From positions 310,001 through 374,000 of IMG/VR virus record IMGVR_UViG_3300018080_008436: a DNA stretch of 64,000 bases; one strand, given 5' to 3'. Position numbers and translations under genes: made by a program. The notes beneath the pieces were generated by a model that ran no database searches, was not told the origin of the DNA, and worked only from the letters and a program-made list of their open reading frames with translations. Of this stretch, positions 7,404 to 14,225 are shown piece by piece; the first letter of the stretch is position 1, and every line of letters begins with the position of its first letter.

Positions 7404-7489
7404 TGGCGGAAGGTAGGAGATTCGAACTCCTATGCCCGTGAGGACGACAGTTTAGCAAACTGCTGGCTTACCATTCGCCACAACCTTCC
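7404..7489 (-). tRNA. tRNA-Ser(GCU)
   Basis: Loop UU-GCU-AA, long variable arm, GCCA. Confidence 0.92.
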
Positions 7490-7491
7490 AT

Positions 7492-7578
7492 TGGTAGCCA
7501 GGGAGGGCCTCGAACCCTCACTCCCTTTCGGGAACTGGATTTTGAATCCAGCGCGTCTGCCAATTTCACCACCTGGCC
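7492..7578 (-). tRNA. tRNA-Leu(CAA)
   Basis: Loop UU-CAA-AA, long variable arm, ACCA. Confidence 0.95.
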
Positions 7579-7589
7579 AATAAATTTAA

Positions 7590-7657
7590 TGGAGCTAATG
7601 AGATTCGAACTCATCCCCCTGCCTCTATGGGCAGTTCGGCTACCGTCTAGTAACCCC
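7590..7657 (-). ncRNA. 68-nt tRNA-like RNA with G3:U70/A73 acceptor and 6-nt anticodon-position loop
   Basis: GGGGUUA/UAGCUCC-A acceptor, CUGCC-CAUAGA-GGCAG, AUGAG-UUCGAAU-CUCAU; no CCA. Confidence 0.65.
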
Positions 7658-7689
7658 AATTGGTTGCGTATAAACATATAAACAATATT

Positions 7690-7777
7690 TGGTAGTCTCG
7701 GGGAGATTCGAACTCCCACCTCCTTCGCGGAGACAACGACCTCAACGTTGCGTGTCTGCCAGTTCCACCACGAGACC
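7690..7777 (-). tRNA. tRNA-Leu(GAG)
   Basis: Loop UU-GAG-GU, long variable arm, ACCA. Confidence 0.95.
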
Positions 7778-7824
7778 ATTATAAGTGGCCATAACTGACG
7801 AATTAACCCCAGTTTTGGCCGTTT

Positions 7825-7844
7825 ATTCGTAATATATTACGAAT
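7825..7844. repeat. 20-bp perfect palindrome in a tRNA spacer
   Basis: ATTCGTAATATATTACGAAT. Confidence 0.8.
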
Positions 7845-7847
7845 TAT

Positions 7848-7923
7848 TGGTAGCCCTGGTCGGATTCGAACCGACACTTTACGGATTTTAAGTCCGCTCC
7901 CTCTGCCGTTGGAGTACAGGGCC
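7848..7923 (-). tRNA. tRNA-Leu(UAA), short variable loop
   Basis: 76 nt, loop CU-UAA-AA, ACCA. Confidence 0.9.
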
Positions 7924-7928
7924 ATTTT

Positions 7929-7990
7929 TAACTGTTTTTCTCGTTATAGTGGAAAATATAACTGTTTTTCCAGTTTTGTAACTGTTTTTC
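7929..7990. repeat. three 12-bp direct repeats
   Basis: TAACTGTTTTTC at 7929, 7959, 7979. Confidence 0.85.
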
Positions 7991-7998
7991 CAGTAAAA

Positions 7999-8090
7999 TG
8001 GTGAGCAGGGAGGGATTCGAACCCCCAATGTTTACCCAAAGGGGACAGATTTACAGTCTGCCGCAACACCACCATCGTTGCCGCCTACCC
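7999..8090 (-). tRNA. tRNA-Tyr(GUA), extended D stem
   Basis: Loop CU-GUA-AA, G1:C72, long variable region, ACCA. Confidence 0.9.
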
Positions 8091-8094
8091 ATTT

Positions 8095-8182
8095 TGGTCC
8101 TGGTGGTAGGTAACGATCCTACTTGATGCGCAATGATGATAGTTTTACAGACTACCCCGTCTCCTTAACGGTCTACACCAGG
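8095..8182 (-). tRNA. tRNA-Tyr(GUA) with C1:G72 and atypical T loop
   Basis: CCUGGUG/CACCAGG-ACCA, loop CU-GUA-AA, T loop AUCGUUA. Confidence 0.85.
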
Positions 8183-8184
8183 AT

Positions 8185-8206
8185 AAAAAGGTGACTTAAG
8201 TCACCT
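8185..8206 (-). terminator. terminator-like or processing hairpin inside the array
   Basis: AGGTGAC-TTAA-GTCACCT followed by TTTT. Confidence 0.45.
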
Positions 8207-8293
8207 AATGCCTCTGGGTCAGACTTACCAATACCGTCATATTGGGTCCGATAGCCCAGTAAGGACTTTAAGCGTCTGGTTTTCCCCAGACCC

Positions 8294-8381
8294 TGGAGCG
8301 CGGTGAGGGATTCGAACCCTCGCGGACATAAGTCCCATCAGTTTTGCAGACTGTGCCATTAAACCACTCTGGCAACCGCGC
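8294..8381 (-). tRNA. tRNA-Cys(GCA) with long variable arm
   Basis: Loop CU-GCA-AA, U73-CCA, variable hairpin GGAC-UUAU-GUCC. Confidence 0.88.
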
Positions 8382-8387
8382 ATATTA

Positions 8388-8458
8388 AGCACGATGTCGG
8401 AATCGAACCGACTTCTGCGGGTTTGCAATCCGCCGCCTCACCATCTGGCTCATCGTGC
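8388..8458 (-). tRNA. tRNA-Cys(GCA), no encoded CCA
   Basis: GCACGAU/AUCGUGC-U, loop UU-GCA-AA. Confidence 0.88.
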
Positions 8459-8494
8459 ATGGCAATAAAATTTCAAAGATCTCTTGATGTTTTA

Positions 8495-8566
8495 AATATT
8501 CCCGTTCGGTAACATTCGAAACACTCTGAAGTTCAAAACCTTAGAATATTACCGCTCGGTAACATT
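8495..8566. promoter_or_regulatory. two copies of a 22-bp palindromic operator-like site
   Basis: AATATTCCCGTTCGGTAACATT (8495) and AATATTACCGCTCGGTAACATT (8545). Confidence 0.5.
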
Positions 8567-8586
8567 TTGGCTATCAATTAAGCCAT

Positions 8587-8619
8587 AAAAAAACCCCGTT
8601 CGGAAAACCGAACGGGGTT
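8587..8619 (-). terminator. attenuator terminator upstream of the tRNA array
   Basis: 12-bp stem AACCCCGTTCGG-TTTT-CCGAACGGGGTT followed by T run. Confidence 0.9.
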
Positions 8620-8637
8620 GAAAACCGAGTTAAGAAC

Positions 8638-8715
8638 TTACGTTCTCTGGACGCACAACCCCGTCCATCTCAAACTGAGATATGATGAACATAGGCTGAG
8701 CGATAAAGATTTCAT
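8638..8715 (-). CDS. leader peptide MKSLSLSLCSSYLSLRWTGLCVQRT (putative attenuator)
   Basis: ATG 8715, TAA 8640-8638, AGGA RBS; codons 3-15 only Ser/Leu/Cys/Tyr; contains antiterminator strand GGACGGGGTTG. Confidence 0.85.
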   Translation of the reverse strand: MKSLSLSLCSSYLSLRWTGLCVQRT

Positions 8716-8754
8716 TATAAGTTCTTTCCTGTTAAAAATTCAAATTACAACCCT

Positions 8755-8782
8755 ATTATAAACTGGATCTGAAGCTTTTCAA
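8755..8782 (-). promoter_or_regulatory. sigma70-type promoter for the leader and tRNA array
   Basis: TTGAAA-N16-TATAAT. Confidence 0.75.
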
Positions 8783-9084
8783 GTTGAAAACGCAATTATT
8801 TCAAATTTTTCTTTTTCTTTCAGCCATTCGTACTCATGAAGGTAAGGGTTATCGTAGAAAATAATTGGATACTTTCCACCACCAGTACATATTGGGACAA
8901 CATTATAGGATAGCCATTCAGTCGCCTCTTCAAAATCCATCCCTTCTCCCATGAACTTCTGCAACATAAGTTCATAAGAATAAATAAGTTCATCTCTTAT
9001 GGTGATGCCAACAACACAATTGTCCAAATCATCTAGTTTAATGGTCCCATCATCACATTCTTCCAATATTTTTTGAATATCCAT
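8779..9084 (-). CDS. hypothetical phage protein
   Basis: 101 aa, YSYE.M...EEA.EW..YN motif. Confidence 0.75.
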   Translation of the reverse strand: MDIQKILEECDDGTIKLDDLDNCVVGITIRDELIYSYELMLQKFMGEGMDFEEATEWLSYNVVPICTGGGKYPIIFYDNPYLHEYEWLKEKEKFEIIAFST

Positions 9085-9339
9085 TTATGGGCCAACCCAA
9101 ATAATTCCAATGTTTTTACCAACAGTTACTTTTAATTTAACCATATTATTGCCGATTGCAACGATTCTGTTGAATTTGTAGGTAATAATCTCTCTGGCTT
9201 GGATCATGGAGTTACATACGCCTGTTGAAACGGTAAAACAGGTATCAGGACATTCTATGCTTGCTTGAATGCCACGGGGATGAATATTCTCAAATATTAT
9301 GTGAGCTTCTTCTCCACAAACTGGGCATTTCATACTCAT
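9085..9339 (-). CDS. small Zn-finger protein, Lar-like
   Basis: CPVCG...CPDTC. Confidence 0.5.
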   Translation of the reverse strand: MSMKCPVCGEEAHIIFENIHPRGIQASIECPDTCFTVSTGVCNSMIQAREIITYKFNRIVAIGNNMVKLKVTVGKNIGIIWVGP

Positions 9340-9344
9340 GGCAC

Positions 9345-9459
9345 AAAAAAAGTGCGATACATCTCAACATCAACAACTCGAAATAATCGTACAGGCCGCT
9401 AAACCTAACAACTACGCCCCATGGTAGCTAGAATCGCCAACGTTAAAACATACCGCACT
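9345..9459 (-). ncRNA. orphan structured RNA, 29-bp G-U-rich stem with branched head
   Basis: Uninterrupted 29-bp helix (18 Watson-Crick + 11 G-U) only on the minus strand, followed by U7. Confidence 0.75.
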
Positions 9460-9463
9460 AAAG

Positions 9464-10063
9464 CTATTTTATCTTACCTTTCATGATTTTCTTGGCGATA
9501 TCCAAAATATTCTCGTCAATGGGGAATACATCTTTTTTCTGGTCGATCTGACCAAGATGATCTTCAAGTTCATCACTTTCGAACTCATCATCTTCAGGAA
9601 TTACTCCAAAATGCTCTGGAAGAAGTTTCCTTAACAAATCAGTGCTAATCATAATATCCATGTTTTCCAACACAGAGATAATTATGGCATCAATGAACCC
9701 TACTCTACTGATCGCATCAATAATTCCGTCTGAAACTGACGACAACATGATATTAACGTTGATTACTTCATCCCCTATTTCAGGATCATAATGCAAGTCA
9801 ATATAAATACCGCTCAAGAATCGGTCTCCAGCCCTCCAAGTATTTACCATAGTTTTGTATACTTCTACCATATTTGGTGCGTGTGGGTCATCTTCGTTCA
9901 CTTCCAAAACATAATTAATGGATTGGGCAACTTCATCAGATACTGGGAAAAACAATATGCAATTGTTCTGAATCTCTGAAGCTAAAGGCAATACGAGTCC
10001 CCCAGAACTATCTTCGTTGATCTGTGATTGATCAACGCATGGCATTACGTGGAATCTGTTCAT
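9464..10063 (-). CDS. hypothetical protein, weak resemblance to bifunctional nuclease (DUF151)
   Basis: Spacing of GIYID...IDAII...IMI...LL; acidic tail. Confidence 0.45.
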   Translation of the reverse strand: MNRFHVMPCVDQSQINEDSSGGLVLPLASEIQNNCILFFPVSDEVAQSINYVLEVNEDDPHAPNMVEVYKTMVNTWRAGDRFLSGIYIDLHYDPEIGDEVINVNIMLSSVSDGIIDAISRVGFIDAIIISVLENMDIMISTDLLRKLLPEHFGVIPEDDEFESDELEDHLGQIDQKKDVFPIDENILDIAKKIMKGKIK

Positions 10064-10098
10064 GTGAAAACCTCAAAATCTTGATACCTTATTATACA

Positions 10099-10353
10099 TT
10101 ATCTTCTGCAAATTGGTAGCTGAACATACAATTGATTTGAAGAAGGCTGTTCTGTTGTGTTACCTGGGTTACCCCGAAAATGTTTTCCAGCATATCTGTA
10201 AACAGGTTGTTGCCAATACTGAGGTTGATTGATGTAATATGGATGAGTGTAGAACTTCAACCAATATGCTGGTCCAGTACTGTCTAATTGGATCAACGGA
10301 GGTGGATATCCGCTAAATCTATACTGATACTTGTCTTTATCGTATTCTGTCAT
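10099..10353 (-). CDS. hypothetical Y/P/Q-rich protein
   Basis: ATGA overlap with the upstream gene. Confidence 0.65.
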   Translation of the reverse strand: MTEYDKDKYQYRFSGYPPPLIQLDSTGPAYWLKFYTHPYYINQPQYWQQPVYRYAGKHFRGNPGNTTEQPSSNQLYVQLPICRR

Positions 10354-10610
10354 ATGATATCCAAAGTGTTTTGGGTTCTTTTGGCGACAGTTCCGTATTT
10401 GGAACCGTATCGAGTGGCAGAGAAACGATAATAATCTTTAATCTTCTGCTGATAATCTTCGTCAAAAGAATTGATGTCAACCCTACCTTCTAACACATTA
10501 ACTGCATCAATTCGGAGTTGTTGGACATCGGGAGGAACCCCAAGTACATCATCACCTATCTGCTCAGGCCCAATAGGTTCTTGGGGATACAGTTGATTTT
10601 GATTCGCCAT
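10350..10610 (-). CDS. hypothetical protein
   Basis: 86 aa, GAGG RBS. Confidence 0.65.
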   Translation of the reverse strand: MANQNQLYPQEPIGPEQIGDDVLGVPPDVQQLRIDAVNVLEGRVDINSFDEDYQQKIKDYYRFSATRYGSKYGTVAKRTQNTLDII

Positions 10611-11622
10611 ATGCCTCTCTCAAAGCTTTTACCAAGCCTTCCCTTTTATCTTTACCAATATACTTCGAGGGAATCTGAGGCAATACCTTCACAAAAATAG
10701 TCCCACCATTCAAGAAGTCAACTTTGATCTCATAGAATTTTTCAGTGTCCCAATCTGACTTTAGTTGAAACGTGACATCCTTCTTCTTGAACAGTTTAAC
10801 GGTAATGTTTTCTTCAGCTAAAATCTTATCAATTGTAACTTGAACAGATAGAAAAAGATCCGATCCTTTCTGAACAACCCCATCTTGCTCAGAAGGATAA
10901 TTAACAACAACGTAATGAGACCCAGTATAAGTAGAGTCATCCGACTGATAAATCGTATTTCCCTTGTCTTTGAGTCTCATACTGGCATTATGATTGATGT
11001 TTGGGGGGATCTGTATTCTCGTTTTTGAACGAGTTTGCATGTAGCCAACTCCTTTGCATTTCTCGCAAGGCTTGAATCTTTTTCCACTTCCACCACAGGC
11101 TCCACAAATGTTTATATATTGGAACCCAGGTTGATTTACGTGTTGTTGCCCTTGACCATTACAAGTAGGGCAAACAATTTCTTTTCCAAGAAATGCCCCA
11201 GTTGTTTTGCAAGCATCGCAAGCAACAACCTGTTGTATAGTGTGGTTTTTCTTACAACCAAATATCGCTTCTGCTAGAGTAATGCTAATAGATGATCTCG
11301 AATCTGGATTGATCCGTTTTCTGGAAGGCTGATTGCTTCGTTGTCCCCCAAAGAAGTCTTTGAAAACACTCCAAGTTCTTGAAGTCCCAGAATGCGGATG
11401 TGGTTGTTGATTTCCTATCGTACCAAACCTGTCATATTGAGCTTTCTTTTGGGCATCCGAAAGGACTTCGTAAGCTAAAGAGATCTCTTTAAACTTCTCT
11501 TCTTTTGCCTCATCGCCAGCATTTTTATCAGGATGGTATTCCTTAGCTAATTTTCGATAAGCTTTCTTAATCTCATCCTGTGAAGCTTCTCGCCCCACCC
11601 CTAATACTTCATATGGATTCAT
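10564..11622 (-). CDS. dnaJ: DnaJ chaperone
   Basis: J domain with HPD, four CxxCxGxG-type repeats, C-terminal domain. Confidence 0.92.
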   Translation of the reverse strand: MNPYEVLGVGREASQDEIKKAYRKLAKEYHPDKNAGDEAKEEKFKEISLAYEVLSDAQKKAQYDRFGTIGNQQPHPHSGTSRTWSVFKDFFGGQRSNQPSRKRINPDSRSSISITLAEAIFGCKKNHTIQQVVACDACKTTGAFLGKEIVCPTCNGQGQQHVNQPGFQYINICGACGGSGKRFKPCEKCKGVGYMQTRSKTRIQIPPNINHNASMRLKDKGNTIYQSDDSTYTGSHYVVVNYPSEQDGVVQKGSDLFLSVQVTIDKILAEENITVKLFKKKDVTFQLKSDWDTEKFYEIKVDFLNGGTIFVKVLPQIPSKYIGKDKREGLVKALREAYGESKSTVSPRTYWA

Positions 11623-13931
11623 CTGGAACGCTTTCTCTTTCTTTTTCTAATGACAATGTCGCCACTTTTATCAGCAGTTATAGTCAGAGTATAACTGTAC
11701 TGATCGATATCCTCAATTTCAAGGATTGTGTCTGCAACAAGTGGCTCAACTTGTTTTGAAATAATTCGATCAAGTGACATGGCATTCATACCATGTTCAG
11801 AGTCATGATATTTAACAATAGCTTCAGCTATCTTCGCCCCAATCTTAATACTAATGTATTTGTGATTAACGCGCTGAGCGAATTCTGTAAGTCTCATTTC
11901 TACAATGTCTTGAAGATTCTCTTTCGTCAGTTCCACAAATGGTACGAAGGCATCGACACGATTAACGAATTCTTCACCATAAGATTTCTTACAGAAGTCA
12001 ATTAAACGAGTTCTCTCATTTTCCACAAGGCTTTTTTTACCTTTTGAATTAAAACCCATGGAAGCTGACTTAGAAATATTCAAACCGAAGTTACCTGTCA
12101 TGATGAAGAAGATATTTTTGCAGTCAACCTTTTCACCTACTGCACTAGTAATGGTTCCTTCTGACATAACTTGTAAAAACAGCCTCATGACTTGTGGATG
12201 AGCTTTCTCAATTTCATCGAGCAGTAGGATGCAATAAGGTCTTCTTTTGATTTTGTCAACTACAACATCAACATCCTTGAAACCCACATATCCTGGTGGA
12301 CTCCCAATTATTTTGCTAATTGAGTGTTTTTCAGAGTATTCTGACATATCAATCTTAATCAGATTTTTCTCGCTTCCAAAAATTGCTTGAGATAACTGTT
12401 TGGCGGTATAAGTTTTCCCTGTTCCACTTTGCCCTCCAAAAGTAAGAACTCCAATGGGTCTGTCAGGGTTTCTAACTCCGCTATAAGCATTTCTAAGTAC
12501 CCTACAAACGCTTGTAACGGCTTCTTCTTGTCCAATTACTCTTTTCTTCAGAAATTCCTCAGTCTTTTTAATTCTTTCATGTGTATCCCACATGATAACT
12601 TCTAAAGGAACTCCGCATTGTTTACTGATGACTTTGGCAACATCATCTGAGGTAATTATGGGAGTGTGTTCGTCATTTTCCGACCAAGCGTTTTGAGCAC
12701 ATGCAGTATCCATACAGTCAATTGCTTTATCTGGGAAGTATTTGGTTGGTCTGTATCGTTTGGTCAGATTGATAATGGAGTCAATAGCATCGTTTGAGAT
12801 CGTGCATTCATGATACTTTTCAAAACGATCTTTGATTCCCATCAAGATTTTTTTGACATCTTCATCTGATGGTTCATCAATATTGACAACTCCAAAGCGT
12901 CTTGATAATGCCCCATCGTCAACAAAATGTTTTTTATATTCTTGATGAGTTGTGGCCCCAATACACTTCAACTTCCTTGCAAGAGCAGGTTTAAGAATGT
13001 TTGCGGCATCCATAGCGGAGCCAGCACCTCCTGCACCTACAATCGTATGAATTTCATCAATAAACAGAATGACATCTGGATCATCTTCAACGGCCTTGAT
13101 TAGATCCTGTATCCTTTTTTCAAAATCTCCACGATATTTTGTCCCTGCAACCATTCCTGCCATATTGAGGGAATAAATCCTACACCCTCTGAGTTTGGGA
13201 GGGACAGCATTACTGATGATTCTTTGAGCGATGCCCTCAACAATAGCAGTCTTCCCGACTCCAGCTTCACCAACTAAAATTGGATTTGATTTTGTTCTTC
13301 TGCAAAGGATTGTAATTGTTTCTTCGATTTCTGAATCTCTTGAAATTATCGGATCAAATTCTCCGTTGTTTGCCAACTCTGTCATATCAGTGCAGTATTG
13401 GTCAATAATAGAGTCTTTGGTCTTTTTCTTCGAACTTCTTGAAGTTTTAACTGTGCTTTTGTGAGATTTGCTACTTAAGATCTCTTCAATGCAACTCTTG
13501 AACTCCTTGCATTCTTTGGAAATGATTCTCTTAAGATTCAGGTGAAGATCCATGATAGATATGAACAGATGTCCAAGTCCAACGATTTTGTGGCCATTAT
13601 CGCGAGATAACTTATCTGCCGCTTTGCACACTTCAACGATTTCTTTTGAAATATTAATTTCGTCAAAGGTAACCCCAGAGTCCCCACTCTCATTTTCCTT
13701 TTGTCTATTGGAAAGGAGTCTCTTAAACTTCTTAACGCAAGTGTCTAAATCAACTCCATGCTCGTGCAACGCTAATGTTACAACGTTTTCTCCAGTGAGC
13801 AATGTTCCAATCAAGAATGACTCTGGATATAGGCAATCCACATGAGCATCAATACTTGCGGCTTTAGCAAATACGATCATGTGTAGAACATCGTTACTAA
13901 ACCTGTCATACATCTTCTGGTTTTCTGACAT
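11619..13931 (-). CDS. ClpA/ClpC-family AAA+ ATPase
   Basis: Clp N domain, [46 protein letters not shown]. Confidence 0.93.
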   Translation of the reverse strand: MSENQKMYDRFSNDVLHMIVFAKAASIDAHVDCLYPESFLIGTLLTGENVVTLALHEHGVDLDTCVKKFKRLLSNRQKENESGDSGVTFDEINISKEIVEVCKAADKLSRDNGHKIVGLGHLFISIMDLHLNLKRIISKECKEFKSCIEEILSSKSHKSTVKTSRSSKKKTKDSIIDQYCTDMTELANNGEFDPIISRDSEIEETITILCRRTKSNPILVGEAGVGKTAIVEGIAQRIISNAVPPKLRGCRIYSLNMAGMVAGTKYRGDFEKRIQDLIKAVEDDPDVILFIDEIHTIVGAGGAGSAMDAANILKPALARKLKCIGATTHQEYKKHFVDDGALSRRFGVVNIDEPSDEDVKKILMGIKDRFEKYHECTISNDAIDSIINLTKRYRPTKYFPDKAIDCMDTACAQNAWSENDEHTPIITSDDVAKVISKQCGVPLEVIMWDTHERIKKTEEFLKKRVIGQEEAVTSVCRVLRNAYSGVRNPDRPIGVLTFGGQSGTGKTYTAKQLSQAIFGSEKNLIKIDMSEYSEKHSISKIIGSPPGYVGFKDVDVVVDKIKRRPYCILLLDEIEKAHPQVMRLFLQVMSEGTITSAVGEKVDCKNIFFIMTGNFGLNISKSASMGFNSKGKKSLVENERTRLIDFCKKSYGEEFVNRVDAFVPFVELTKENLQDIVEMRLTEFAQRVNHKYISIKIGAKIAEAIVKYHDSEHGMNAMSLDRIISKQVEPLVADTILEIEDIDQYSYTLTITADKSGDIVIRKRKRKRSR

Positions 13932-13949
13932 ATCTTAATCCTTTCTAAT

Positions 13950-14156
13950 TTAGGAGCAAAAAACTTCCTCTTCTTCTTCAAAACGTAAAAAACTTAACAC
14001 TTCATCAAGATCATCTCCAGACAATTCCTGGTAGATCTTTGCGATACCATTAATCTCATCATCAGACAGGTCGGGATAACGAGACAACGCCAACTTCCCC
14101 TTCTTGTTCATGCTAATCAGGGGTCTTCCTTTTTTATCTCTTATTTCGAATGACAT
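13950..14156 (-). CDS. hypothetical protein
   Basis: 68 aa, AGGAGGT RBS, promoter upstream. Confidence 0.75.
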   Translation of the reverse strand: MSFEIRDKKGRPLISMNKKGKLALSRYPDLSDDEINGIAKIYQELSGDDLDEVLSFLRFEEEEEVFCS

Positions 14157-14181
14157 AGCTACCTCCTAAAATGTCTACCTT

Positions 14182-14209
14182 AATATACTCAGGTTTCTAC
14201 TCAAGTCAA
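14182..14209 (-). promoter_or_regulatory. sigma70-type promoter
   Basis: TTGACT-N16-TATATT. Confidence 0.65.
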
Positions 14210-14225
14210 GCTAAGGTAGCTAATA

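Noticed and set aside
5779-7657. Full tmRNA gene
   Set aside because: Both Ala-acceptor RNAs are far too short and show no tag reading frame or pseudoknot series.
5659-8428. Track ORFs 5659..5856, 6092..6280, 6204..6392, 7468..7779, 8237..8428
   Set aside because: They overlap tRNA genes and are spurious translations.
7929-8566. CRISPR array
   Set aside because: Only 2-3 short repeat copies with irregular or too-short spacers; no cas genes in the window.
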